From Heterodontus francisci (taxonomy: Eukaryota): DNA of 64,000 bases. Position numbers and translations under genes: made by a program. Positions 49,588 through 62,199 of this stretch are shown here, piece by piece (position 1 is the stretch's first letter; the number at the start of each line of letters is the position of its first letter). The notes under the pieces were generated by a model, which was not told the origin of the DNA, did not search any database, and was given only the letters and a program-made list of their open reading frames with translations. Location: contig NC_090378.1 in NCBI RefSeq assembly GCF_036365525.1, positions 32,946,372-33,010,371 on the forward strand, written 5' to 3'.

Positions 49588-50960
49588 GTACAGCACCTCT
49601 GACAGTCCTGCACACCCTCTGTAATTCTGTGAAGTTGCCCCCGCTCTCTCCAGCCACTCGCTCCCCGCTTACCCCCCCACCCCCTCCCACCCCTCCAGAC
49701 GCTAGCTCTAGGACGCACCGCTTCCCTCCTCTCGGCCACGTGCTCCTACGTCGACTTATCACCCCTCACGGCCCCCGCCTTGCTTCTTTGGGCGGTGCGG
49801 TGTGGGAGGGAAGCGGGGAGCAAGTGGCCAGAGAGAACGGGGGGGAGTGGGGAGCGAGTGGCCCGCAGTCAGTGGCCGGGGGTGGAGGGGGGCGGGGAAG
49901 GAGGAGAGCGTTTTCCTGCGCATGCGTCGATTAGTCCGCTCTCCAACCGCTCCCCGCACCTGCCGCCGCCAAGGTCTCCAGCCGCTCGCTCCTTGCTTCC
50001 AGCCCCGGTACTACTCTCCGGCCTTTCGCTTCCAGCCCCCACCTTCCAGCTGCTCCCTCCAGGATCAGAGCGCCCACATCCAGATGCTCCCTCCAGCTTC
50101 AGAGCCCCCCATCCAGCCACCCGCTCCCCTACTTCTCAACTGGACGGCAGGTATTCCAGGTGTCTGGTCCCTGCCTTTTGCATACCTCTCTTCAGGCAGT
50201 TCTGATTTTAACTTCCTCCCCCCTCCAAGGACCACAGTTGAAAAATCTGAAATACAGTTGCAAAGTACGGAACAATATCAACAAAGTAACCTCAACAATT
50301 CCGTGTTTAATTATTGAGCAATTTTATTAAGTACATGAGGTATTAGAGACATGGCTGTGCATGGATACATGAGTTTTGTGTCACCAGCATTCCTGTGAAA
50401 CAGACAGGCCGAGTCTCTGCTATGCCGAACTGAAGAAATTGTTCCTGGAGAGCCTTGCGGTGAATGAAGGTTTGGCTCTCTATTCCACTACTGAATTGAC
50501 CATGTGAAGAAGGCAAAGTCACCAGAGTCTGGGCTGCAGATGATGCATCCTAATGTCCATATCATCCATAAAGGCAAGGTTCCTTTCCACATCGTGACCA
50601 GTTCCACAGCATGAACTAATTGCTCAGCACATCCTTGTGTCTTGTCCTACACTGCCTCCATTGTTTGAATGCCGTCCTTAAGTCTCAAGGATTGTTTTCT
50701 CGAGGGCATGTTTTACATGAAAGGAAATAGAGAAAGGGATGCACTGCCTGCACACAGCCCCGGACAACTGAAAGGGATTTTAGTGCAGTGCACTGGCCTG
50801 GAAATGGGATGCATCTCAGAGCAAACAACAGCACATCAACTTACCTTCAAGCAATCTCCTCTTTACAATAAAAATGAAGAAAACTGAAATCTCCAAAACT
50901 GCTATGGCTGCAAGAAAACTCTCCTCTTTCCAATAAAATCGCAAGAAAAGTCTCCTCTTT

Positions 50961-52284
50961 CAGTATTCACTAGTGAGAGGGACCTGGTCGTTTGTGAGGA
51001 CAGCGTGGAACAGGCTGATATGCTCGAACAGGTTGAGGTTAAGAGGGAGGATGTGCTGGAAATTTTGAATGATATGAGGACAGATAAGTCCCCGGGGCCA
51101 GACGGGATATACCCAAGGATATTACGGGAAGCGAGGGAAGAGATTGCTGCGCCTTTGGCGATGATCTTTGCGTCCTCACTGTCCACTGGAGTAGTACCGG
51201 ATGATTGGAGGGTGGCAAATGTTGTTCCCTTGTTCAAGAAAGGGAATAGGGATAACCCTGGGAATTATAGACCAGTCAGTCTTACGTCGGTAGTGGGCAA
51301 ATTATTGGAGAGGATTCTGAGAGACAGGATTTATGATTATTTGGAAAAGCATGGTTTGATCAGAGACAGTCAGCATGGCTTTGTGAGGGGCAGGTCATGC
51401 CTCACAAGCCTTATTGAATTCTTTGAAGATGTGACAAAACACATTGATGAAGAAAGAGCAGTGGATGTGGTGGATATGGATTTTAGCAAGGCGTTTGATA
51501 AGGTTCCCCATGGTAGGCTCATTCAGAAAGTGAGGAGGCATGGGATACAGGGGAAGTTGGCTGTCTGGATACAACATTGGCTGGCCCATAGAAGACAGAG
51601 GGTGGTAGTAGATGGAAAGTATTCAGCATGGAGCTCGGTGACCAGTGGTGTTCCGCAGGGATCTGTTCTGGGACCTCTGCTCTTTGTGATTTTTATAAAT
51701 GACTTGGATGAGGAAGTGGAAGGCTGGGTTAGCAAGTTTGCCGATGACACGAAGGTTGCTGGAGTTGTGGATAGTGTGGAAGGCTGTTGTAGGTTGCAAC
51801 GCGACATTGACAGGATGCAGAGCTGGGCTGAGAAGTGGCAGATGGAATTCAACCTGGAAAAGTGTGAAGTGATTCATTTTGGAAGGTCGAATTTGAATGC
51901 AGAATACAGGCTTAAAGACAGGATTCTTGGTAGTGTGGAGGAACAGAGGGATCTTGGGGTCCATGTCCATAAATCGCTCAAAGTTGCCACCCAAGTTGAT
52001 AGGGTTGTTAAGAAGGCGTATGGTGTGTTGGCTTTCATTAACAGGGGGATTGAGTTTAAGAGCCGTGAGGTTATGCTGCAGCTCTATAAGGCCCTGGTTC
52101 GACCACACTTGGAATATTGTGTTCCGTTCTGGTCGCCTCATTATAGGAAGGATGTGGAAGCTTTAGAGAGGGTGCAGAGGAGATTTACCAGGATGCTGCC
52201 TGGACTGGCAATGTTGGCCTGTCAAGGTTCGGCACAACATCGTGGGCCGAAGGGCCTGTACTGTGCTGTACTGTTCTATGTTCT
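50961..52284 (+). mobile_element. Young 5'-truncated CR1 (HER1-like) LINE with uninterrupted RT frame
   Basis: ORF 51005-52324: KSPGPDGIYPRIL, QHGFVRGRSCLT, DFSKAFDKVPH, GVPQGSVLGP, KFADD; tail gggccgaagggcctgtactgtgctgtactgttctatgttct. Confidence 0.95.
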
Positions 52285-52727
52285 TTCCAATGAAATCGCG
52301 AGAGAATGCTCCTCTTTCCAATAAAATGCCAGAAAATACAACTACGACCGCAACAAAACCTCTCCTCCTTCCACTTTCAGAAACTTTCGCCAAAGGTTGA
52401 CGCATGCGTGAATACCCGATGGCGTTGCAGTATGCGTAAAGCGCATGCGCGGAGGTCGACCAGGTGCATTATACAATGATGTACGCGTTACGCGATGACA
52501 TTTCCCGCGCCTGCGCCAGCCAGTCCTAGCAAGGTGGAACCCCGCGCACGCTCAGAGAGAAGGAGCGCATGTGCACAGCTTGGTGCAGTCTGATGACATC
52601 AGCGGGCCGCTGCGTTGTCAGGAATCACTTTGTAAATTTAACAACTTTCAGATTTTCTGAAGGCAGACAGGCTGTAAGAAAGAAAGACAACCAGTGGTGG
52701 CAGCCTCAAGGGAGAGAGTGAGGGAAC

Positions 52728-53058
52728 TAAAGTCCTGCTGCCCGACCCGGACCCGACGACATGTGTCTGGTTTGGATCAGGTCGGGTTGCATTTCCAGGT
52801 GTGGCATTCGGGCTCGGGTCGGGTCGGGCCGGATCGGACACACTCTATCACAGGTAAGTGGCTCCAATGTTAATTTAATTTTTGGACTGGAAAGGTGGTT
52901 TTGTTACAGTTAGTTTAAGCTTGTGCAGATCAGTAACAAAGTGAAAAATGGAAGGTAAGTTAACTGATGGTCGGGTTGGGCGCAGGAAAAAATGGAAGGA
53001 CTCGGGCTGGGTCGGGTTCGGGTTGGGTTTTTTTTTTGCAGACTCGAGCAGGCCTTTA
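52728..53058. mobile_element. hAT-type MITE
   Basis: TIR taaagtcctgct / agcaggccttta; 8-bp TSD gagggaac / gtgggaac; repeated ccgac/gtcgg subterminal motifs. Confidence 0.8.
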
Positions 53059-53563
53059 GTGGGAACACCTGCTCTCGGAGAAAAAAACTAATACAGCAAA
53101 AGGCTGTGAAAACTTGAACCTGTTTTGAAAGTTGAGGTTTGTGGAGAAGTAAAAGAACAACAAGATCACCAGGATTCACCTTATTCATGGATGTCCAGGT
53201 CGAAAGTGTTCAGAGAAGTGAGCGAAGAGGACATTTAGTTTGAGAAAGATCTGAAAGATCCAACCCATTGCAACTGGGAGGAGTTTGGGACTTTTAACAG
53301 TAAAAATTTCACCATCGAAGAGGACCGTATAACATTTAAGTGTGATGTGAAGTTTTCAAATGTTTTAATAAGTGAAGAAAATTAATTTCTTTGTAATTTG
53401 GGGTATCAACTACTTAAGTACAAATTAGTTAATGGGAATTTCTTTTAGTTTAGTTGCTTTCATAAAAGTCTTAATGTGAAATCTTGTGTAAATCTTGAAA
53501 TTTGGTCTGAGGGTCCATATCTCCTATTTTAAAGTTAACGGTCTCAGTGAGGTTGTAAAAAAT

Positions 53564-53583
53564 TGGGGGCTCGGGTCTGGGAT
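53564..53583 (+). other. Primer-binding site complementary to tRNA-Pro 3' end
   Basis: tgggggctcgggtctgggat versus canonical TGGGGGCTCGTCCGGGAT, right after the LTR end. Confidence 0.7.
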
Positions 53584-53686
53584 ACAAATTCAGAGGTTGT
53601 AAAATGGGTACATTGGAATTTGCTCGAATTTAAAGAAATTTAAATAGGATTTCACAATTACTGCTCTTTGGTCATAAAAGGCAGCA

Positions 53687-56600
53687 TGACGACTTTTAAT
53701 GCTCAAGCCTTTGTGGGGAGAGAAGATTTGACTCTCAATGATTTAACACAGTTAACAGTGGATGGATACAATATTGGCTATAGCAGAGCAAGTGAAGGTT
53801 AGTTTAAAATCAAAAGCTAAAAAGGCAGATATTGTTGAAGTGTTGGCTAGGCATTTTAACATTGAGGAAGAAAGGATGATCCTGGTAGCTCAGATTGAGT
53901 TAGCTCGAGTTCAGTTACAAATGAGGCAACGAGAACTTGGAAAAAAAAGAAAGGGAAAAAGACAGACAATTTCAGCTTACACTGCGAAAGTTTGAATTCG
54001 AAGAGAAAGAAAAGCCAGGAAATTTACACTGTATACAAAAAGACTTTAGATTACACATATAGGGAGTGACAGGAAGGTTTGAGGATGAATCCGATTTAAC
54101 TTCTGGTTTTGATTTGGCAAGAAATATTCGTTCAGTGCCTAAATTCAGTGAGGAAGGAGTTGAAATGTATTTTGTGTCCTTTGAAAAATTGCTACGCAGT
54201 TGCAATGCCCAAAAGAAAGTTGGACAGTTTTATTGTAAAGCGTGTTAGCAGGAAACGTTTTTGAGGTATATTCACCATTTTCAGAGAAACAGTCAAGTAA
54301 TTATGAAGTCGTTAAAACTGTAGTTTTCAATGCTTATGCATTGCTTACAGGCAAAAAGAAAGAAACAGGGCCAGACATTTATGGAATTTGCTAGAGATAA
54401 GGTATTAAAATTTGATTGTTGGTATGGGTTCCTGAAGATTGAGAGATTTTGAAAGCCTTAGGAAAGTAATCCTAATGGACGAATTTAAAAATAGCATCCC
54501 TTCAGTAATATTATTTGCTAAGTTGGTAAAATAAGGAATGCCACAGAAATGGCAGATGATTATGAATCGACCCACAAAAGTAGTAGTTACAGGTCCCGGT
54601 TAGGAGCCTTTCAGAGGAGTTGGAAAGATAGGAGGGCAGATAGTGAGAAGAGATTCTGTTTTAGTGAGAGAAAGGATAAAGGAGAGGATACAGGCGACCC
54701 CCAGAGTGGTAAAGAAAGATGGTCAGGAGACTAGGGTTGAGTCAAAAGGACTAACGTTATTTTTGTATTCAAAGAGGGCATATAAAATCAGAATGCTGGA
54801 GGTTGAAAGGCAAGCCAGTAGCTATGGTAGGTTTACTGAAAATCTGTCCTGAAAAGGATGCCCCAATGGGCGGCACTGCTGACAAGCCAGTGGATTTGGT
54901 GATGTTGGATAGTTAGCAGAAATGTGTTCCCCTGTTTACTGATGAAATAAGTCAGGTCTCTGAAGGGTATAGAAGTTTTATGTTCAGGGGGAAGGTGTCC
55001 CCATATTTGGTGAAGCAGGCAAGCCAATCATGCTGCTTAGAGATACAGAGGCAACTCAGACATTAATGATAGCAAAGGATGTAGATTTTGCCCCAAATAT
55101 CTCATATCTTTGGCCTCCTTGTCTTGAGAGACAATGGGTAAGCGCCTGGAGGTGGTCAGTGGTTTGTGAAGCAGAGCCTGGAGTGGCTATAAAAGCCAAT
55201 TCTAGAGTGACAGACTCTTCCACAGGTACTGCAGATAAAATTGGTTGTCGGGGCTGTTACACAGTTGGCTCTCTCCTTGCGCTTCTGTCTTTTTTCCTGC
55301 CAACTGCTAAGTCTCTTCGACTCGCCACGCTTTAGCCCCGCCTTTATGGTTGCCCGCCAGCTCTGGCGATCGCTGGCAACTGACTCCCACGACTTGTGAT
55401 CAATGTCACAGGACTTCATGTCGCGTTTGCAGACGTCTTTTTGCCCCAAATAGTGCTATGAATATGAAGGTCATGGTGCGGGACATTGAGGGGGGTTATT
55501 TATCCGTTCCATTGCACAAGGTTAATTTGCAATGTGATTTAGTCATGGTCCGATAACAGTGGGAATCGTCCCTGATTTGCATATTAAAATGGTGGATTTG
55601 TTACTAGGGAATGACTTAGCTGGGGATAAGGTAGTTTCGGAAAAGCCAGTTGAGATTGCTGAACTGGAAGGAGGAATTTCCTGGAATATTTCCAGATTGT
55701 GTCGTGACAAGATCCCAGGTTCATAAGACTAAAAAAGTTGAGAAGGATTCAGTTGTTGTGGAGGACAATTTGGGTGTTTGGTTGGCTGAAGCTTTTTTTT
55801 CCCCAAGGATTTGGATGGGGATGTTGGTGAAAAAGGTTCCAAAGCTAGCAATGGTGAATTGTTTAGCAGACCATCTTTTATTGAGGCACAACAGGCAGAT
55901 CCTAATTTAAGAAGTTTGTCTCAAACGTTGTGTTCTGAGGCGGAAGCTGAAAAGGTTTGTGAGTGCTATTGTATTAATGAATGACATTCTAATGAGAAAG
56001 TGGAGACTTCCCAGAGTCCTGCTGATGAAGATTGGGCTATAGTTCATCAGGTTGTTACTGCCCCGGGGTACTGTGGTGAAATTTTGAAAATTGCTCATGA
56101 GATCGCAGTGGCAGGTCATGTGGTTATTCGAAAGACGCCGGCCAGGATAAGACAGCATTTTTATTGGCCAGGCTTGCATAAGGATGTGGTTGAATTTTGC
56201 AGAACTTGCCATACATGTCAGGTAGTTGGGAAACCACAGCCTTTGATTAAGCCAGCTCCATTGATACTGATACCTGCTTTTGGCAAACCATTTAGTAGGG
56301 TTTTTGTGGATTGTGTCAGACCCTTACCCACAAATAAGTCAGATCACAAGTTTCTCCTAACGATCATGGATTTGTCCACAAGGTTTCCAGAGGCAACACC
56401 TTTGAGAAAGGTCCCAACAAAAGTTGTGATTGAGGGGTTAATACAGGTTTTCAATATGTTTGGATTGCCAAAAGAAATTCGGTCAGACCAGGTGTCAAAT
56501 TTCGTGTCCGGGTAGTTCAAGCGCTCACGTGCAATGTGGGGGTGAGACAGCTCAAATCGTCTGCTTATCACCCGCAGTCACAAGGTGCTTTGGAAAGGTA

Positions 56601-56942
56601 ACGCCAAACCCTAAGAAGTATGATAAAGGCTTATTGCTTTGTGTATCCTTATGATTGGAATAAGGGGATATCATTATTATTATTTGCCACCAGGGACACA
56701 CCAAATAAGCCCACTGGTTTCAGTCCATTTGAATTGGTCTGTAGGCATGAGGTTAAGGGTTCCCTTAAACTCATTAAGGAGAGATTTTTAATACAGGAAG
56801 AGGAAACTACTTTCTTAGATTATGTGTCAGAGTTTCAAGAGAGACTGTCAAAAGCTTGTGAGATAGCCAAGATTTCCCAGAAAGTGATGAAAACCCAAGT
56901 GGATAGAACAGCGAAAGCACACAGTTTACAGCCTGGAGACGA
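53687..56942 (+). mobile_element. Gmr1-like Gypsy internal region (gag, protease, integrase), decayed
   Basis: gag VPKFSEEGVEMYFVSFEK; protease LLRDTEATQT; integrase AHEIAVAGH..FYWPGLHKDVVEFCRTCHTCQ..VDCVRPLP..IRSDQ; no RT between protease and integrase. Confidence 0.85.
55100..55438 (-). mobile_element. RTE 3' fragment inserted in Gypsy protease region
   Basis: KDVCKRDMKSCDIDHKSWES; 14-bp TSD ttttgccccaaata (55086-55099 / 55439-55452). Confidence 0.9.
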
Positions 56943-58770
56943 GGGCCGGAATTTTACCGTTGAAAAACGGGAGTATTATGAGGCGCCCGTGACGTAAAAC
57001 GGTGGTCGATGACGTCGGGTTCCCAACGTCATGATGCACAAACGCCATTTTATGATGGTCGGACAGCAGGCGAGATCGAGGAGCCGCTCACTGTCCGCTT
57101 ACAATCAATTAAAGGGCAATTAAGGTCTTTAAAACACCAATTGACAGCCATTTTACGGTGGCTGTCGGATTTTACAGCCATAAATCGAGTCAGGGGGCGT
57201 CTCGGGAACCCAGTAGGTTTAAAAGAATGGCAGGCAGTGAATCGGTGAGGGTGTTGGAGGTACTGTCATGTTGGCTGGTAGTTCAATGTTATATCTTTGT
57301 ATGACTTTAAAGTTTGTGCTACTTTCAGATTGTTCTACAGGGTACATCTGAGTGTTACTAACTCCTGATCTGGCCCCAGAGGTATTGATTTATTGGTTGA
57401 GAGGGAAGGGGCTGTGTGTGTCTTTACTCACAGCAGGCTGATAAGACCTGAAGTAATAGCATCTGTGGAAAGCAGCAACAATGGGAATTGTGCACTCTGG
57501 AAGCGGCTCATCTAATGAGGATGTCTATGCCCCAAGGAGAGACAGGAGGACAACTGGCTAGGGGAGCACGCAAGCTGCTGGCCCAGTGCGGCCTCATAAT
57601 GGAGGAGGGGGAGAAGGTGGCAGAATGGCCCGGGTGCAACCACCTGTCAGGAGACGGGCAGGCAGGGTCAACTGCCCATGTTTGAGCTTCTACAACTGTC
57701 AAAACACCAGTGCCGAAGAAGACTCTGCTGTCATGGGAGACTGTCACATCTCTGCACGAGTTGCTGGCAGCGGAGTTTGCTTCAAACTGCGTGGGTGGCC
57801 ATCCAATGCCGGTCGCACTGAAGGTAACAGTAGCACTGAATTTTTATGCATTAGGCTCATTCCAGGCTTCATCAGCAGACATGTGCGGAGTCTCCCAAGC
57901 ATCAGCGCATCACTGCATAAAAGTTGTTACTGAAACCATTTTCAGGCATATGAACCATTTTATCAACTTCAAGACGGACCCCGCCAGTCAGGCCGAGAGA
58001 GCCAGAGGCTTCAGCACCTATGCTGGGGTCCTGATGGTCCAGGGCGTAACAGAGCACCAACAGGCCAATCGGGGGCCTTCGTTAATCGCAAGGGGTTCCA
58101 CTCAGTGAATGTTCAGCTCTTATGTGATCATTGTAAGGGAATCATGCAGGTGAGTGCACGTTACCTTGGGAGCTGTCACGATGTGTTCATTCTTAGGAAC
58201 TCCCAGGTGCCAGCATTGTTCAGCCCTCCTGCACGCCTGCAAGGAGGGATACTTGGCGACAAGGGTTATCCGCTGAAGACATGGCTGATGACACCGGTGA
58301 GGAACCCAACGAATGATGCAGGGGAACGTTACATTGCGAGCCAGGTGGCCACCAGAGTGACAATTGAACAGACTATAGGTCTTCTCAAAATGAGATTTAG
58401 GTGTCTCAATCGCTCAGGTGGAGCCCTGCAGTACTCGCCATCAAGGGTCTCCAGAGTTATTGTGTGCTGCGCCATACATAACCTGGCAATGGAGAGGGGA
58501 GATTCCCTGGAGGATGATGAAGGTCAGCGTGAGGCTTCCTCAGACGAGAATGGTGAAACATATGAGGAAGAGGGGCCGCAGCCATCTGACCAGCGGGCAG
58601 ATGGAGCTGACAGTCAGATGGAGTTGAGTGCAAGGGAGACCTGGGAGGCTCTAGTACTCAGGCCTTTCTCCTGCACAGCGCACCATCAAACATGAACCGA
58701 CATGGCAGTCTGAGTGGAGTCAATGACAGGAGCTGGAAGGGCAGAGGCACTTACCCTCGGCGGGGAAATC
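56943..58770 (+). mobile_element. PIF/Harbinger transposon remnant with HARBI1-like DDE transposase
   Basis: TIR gggccggaatttt; KVTVALNFYALGSFQ, NVQLLCD, GSCHD, LGDKGYPLKTWLMTP, TRVTIEQTIGLLKMRFRCL; frameshift near 58060-58105; right TIR not found. Confidence 0.9.
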
Positions 58771-60211
58771 TGAACTGAACCGGGACACCGTTCCATCAAA
58801 CATCATCCAGCACAAATGTGGTACATCTCAAATGGCCTTTCTTTTAACGTTCTCCTATGTAAAGGTTACATTTCGTTTTGACCTGCTAATGAGACCCGTT
58901 AATTTTTTTAATAACTTCATAATGCATGCTTCCAAAGAAAATTGGAATGGACATTGCGTGCTAATAATTCCAATGAAATTTGCTTACCAATTTTTTTGCC
59001 TTTTTACTATTTAGCATGCTAAAAGATAGACATCGTACTCTGATCAATTATCTTAATTATTTCTCCGCTCAGCCCATCCTACACATCCTGTACTTAATCC
59101 TTCACTGAAGGATTCTTGCTGGAGTACGATTCCATGGGAAGTAGAAGCCTCAAGTATTATAAATGTGAAAAATTTGATAGGTGGCAGACTCTTTGATCTT
59201 GGGGTTCAGTGTCCAGTGCCTTCCTAGTTTCATGTCCATGCACAGCTGCTAACAGCTGAATAGTAGTGAGAAAGGGAGGAACTTTTCAAATCAAGTAGTG
59301 CTGACACCAATTGTAGAGGCGCCCCAAATTACAATCCGGGCTGAGATTAACTATTGCAGCACAGACCGGGGATCAAATCTGTTTGACTGAGCTCACTGGA
59401 TTAACATATTAAATTTTCAAAATTCTTTACACGTGTCAATACTACAACAACAAGGCAGTCACCTATTCACTTGCCATTTTGTGACTGTGTGTATGTTGCA
59501 ATGTAAGACCTACTCAAGCTGAAGTTGCGCAAGGCACATTGTCTTATACCGCTGCTACATATATTTCTGTCTGTACTGTTGTTCTTTTATGAAATTGGTA
59601 TTAAATATGAGAGCACTGATGGTTTATCTTTATATTGTATGAAGCAGGATGGGTTACAAAGCATTACATCCTGTAATTCAATCTTGGGGTCCAGATGGCA
59701 AATAATTTGGTGGAATTTGTTGTCATGGTTTAATGTGTCACCTGAGCCCTTGAGTAAATCCACTCCTACGCATCTAGTATTTTAGGTTTCTTGTTTTGCA
59801 TTGTCTGAATTACATTTTCTGAAGTAACCTGAAGCTGCAGTGATAGAATTATTCACTTATTATGAGCTGTCAGATGTAAGTTACTTGTCCAGACTAGCTA
59901 AAGATCAATGAGTCATGTTACCAGATAATGAGGAATTCAATTTATTCATTGGTTTGATGCATAGGTAGTCATGTAACATAGTATTGCGGTTCAAGGTTAT
60001 ATGTGAACCATTAATGGTTTGCATGAAACCATGTTAGAAATAAATGCTTTTTGTATTCATTACACTATTAGCTAAAATGACAATGGTGATTTGGGGAAAT
60101 GCAGGACACAACACTTAACCTTGTTTGTTAACAAATTCATGCCACATATTTTAAGTTGGCACACAAGTACCAGCAAATAGTTTACCATGCTGCTTACTTT
60201 TATTGTAGAAG

Positions 60212-62199
60212 GTCACATTTACGCAAGTGCAGCGATGAAAATATAGAAACAAACAGAAGAGTTATGGAAAAATTAGAACAATTTTAAAAGACTGTGTCAT
60301 GCTGGGCCCCCACCTGCCATGAATGAGGCACATTAATTTTATCATGAACATTGATTTTATACTGTTACTGGAGTGAAGAAAGGATTTGTTAAACGGATCA
60401 GCCATGGCTGGAAAAGTCATTTGCATATTAACAGACAATGCTTGGAAGGACGAAGGGCGATTCCCTGACACATTCAACCCACAATGGACCTTGATCACCA
60501 GGTTGTGTGTAAGAGGAGCATTCCAGAGACTGCTAAGGTATACAATCCAAGACGTGGTCAGACCAGTTAGTCACATAACTAACCTGCTTGGCAACCTGGG
60601 TTTTTCTGAATTGGACATCAGTTTGAGCAGAGTGTGTCTGTTTGCTCCTGGACTGAGAAGATCTCTCCTGTCTGCTACCTTCTCTTTCTCACAAGCCTGT
60701 GAATCCACTGAAGACACATGACCCCCAAGAGAGAAAAGTCTCCTGCAGTGAACAAGGTTCAAGATGATACTGGGCCCCAATGAAAAGCAAGATCTACCTA
60801 CAATCAAGGACTCTGCAGTGAGCTTGAAGAACTGTAACAAAAACTCTTCAGATATTGCTTCAAACTTTTCCACTTTATTTTTTCTTCTCTTTTCTGTCTC
60901 CATTTGCATGCATGTATCGTGTATGCATGCTAGCGTGGGCGTGTTATGTATTCGTAGATGTTAACCAAATTAGAGTTTAAATTTAATAAATTTCAACTTT
61001 TCTTTAAACCTAAGAAAACCTGTTTGTGCTGGTTTCTTTGCCTTATAATTGGAAAGTGGTGAACGAGGATTCACCAAGGGGGAGATAAAAACACGGTGTG
61101 TTTAAAATTAAACCCTGTTATGGTAAGACCAGGTGAAGGCTGAAAGGGAACCCTAGACCTCTTTCTCACCTGGTCGTAACAACTGGTACATTTGCTATCA
61201 ACAAAATGGAGGACAAGTTATATGACCACACCAACTCCTGCACTAAAATGCACAACCATGTCTACTAGAACTAAAACCAATTAACCCTGTCTACACGGAA
61301 ATGAGACAGTTTACCACACATGGATGTGAATTATACACATAATGAACTAAGACAAAGGCACTCCCAGCTTCTACGTCTCCACCTATCCTTCTCTGCAACA
61401 GTGTGTGAACAGCCCTGAAATTATCAAAATGGGGCCATCAAAAGCTATTGTACAGCCCATCAGAAACTGAAAAATAAAGTCACATGGTTGAAACTAACAC
61501 TAATGAGTTCACCTTTAAAGGTAATTGTTTTGAAGAACAAAGCGGGGGGTCTTTCCAATTCAGTCATAAAGCCATCAACAGTAGTCTGGCCTCTCCAACC
61601 ACGGTCAACATTGAAAGTCTTCATGAATTTCAGCACAAGGCTGACAGAGAGAAAGAGAGACCAGTTCCAGCCAAGATTTGAACCCTGCTGAGACAAGTTG
61701 AAAGCCTACTGCAGCAGAGAAAAGAGAGTGCCTTTGAAACAACTCCAGCTGTGAAAACTGAACTAAGAATATCTGCACCATCTTCAAACTGAAGTGAACA
61801 GTCAGACATCTTCAGCAACCCAGCACATACAAGACAACCAGCAAACAGACCTGCAACTTTAAAACTCACCTTCCAAGAGGATCCCACAGGTTTTCCTGGA
61901 ACAACAGACCTTTACACCTTGAACTGTTAACACCTCTTACCCTTTACCTTCTAGCTATCTCTTCTTGAGTGTGCTTATGAGAGTGAATACATGTGTGGGT
62001 GGTGTTTTCATTTTGGATGATGATTATTAATTAATATAGATTTAATCTTCTGTTTTAAACCTACAAGAAAACCTGTCACTGTCTTTTTATTTGGCAAACA
62101 AAACACAGGGGCCGAAACACTATTTAAACAAAAACACTGTGATCTTATGGAAGATAAATAGTGAAAAAGAGTGACACCATCACCCACCTAGCCATTACA
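60212..62199 (+). mobile_element. Solo LTR related to 1753-3158, interrupted by a second LTR
   Basis: Shares gatgaaaatat..ttatg, acaaaatgga and aaacctac.agaaa.cctgtca with 1753-3158; ends ccattaca; start approximate. Confidence 0.55.
60295..61181 (+). mobile_element. Solo LTR
   Basis: tgtcatg...tcgtaaca; TSD actg (60291-60294 / 61182-61185). Confidence 0.9.

Larger units (their letters stand above)
49088..52632 (-). mobile_element. Unclassified non-autonomous DNA element, copy C (carries SINE and CR1)
   Basis: gtctgagtttgCTGACAATGCAG...CTGCGTTGTCAGgaatcactttg; perfect TSD taaatttaa (49079-49087 / 52633-52641). Confidence 0.9.
48693..53560 (+). mobile_element. 5' LTR of a Gmr1-like element, expanded by copy C and a hAT MITE
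   Basis: Starts tgttatga and ends ttgtaaaa just before the PBS; about 975 bp after removing the inserts. Confidence 0.55.

Noticed and set aside
57710-58695. Domesticated HARBI1 host gene
   Set aside because: Frameshifted, preceded by a TIR and inserted in a retroelement, so a transposon relic.
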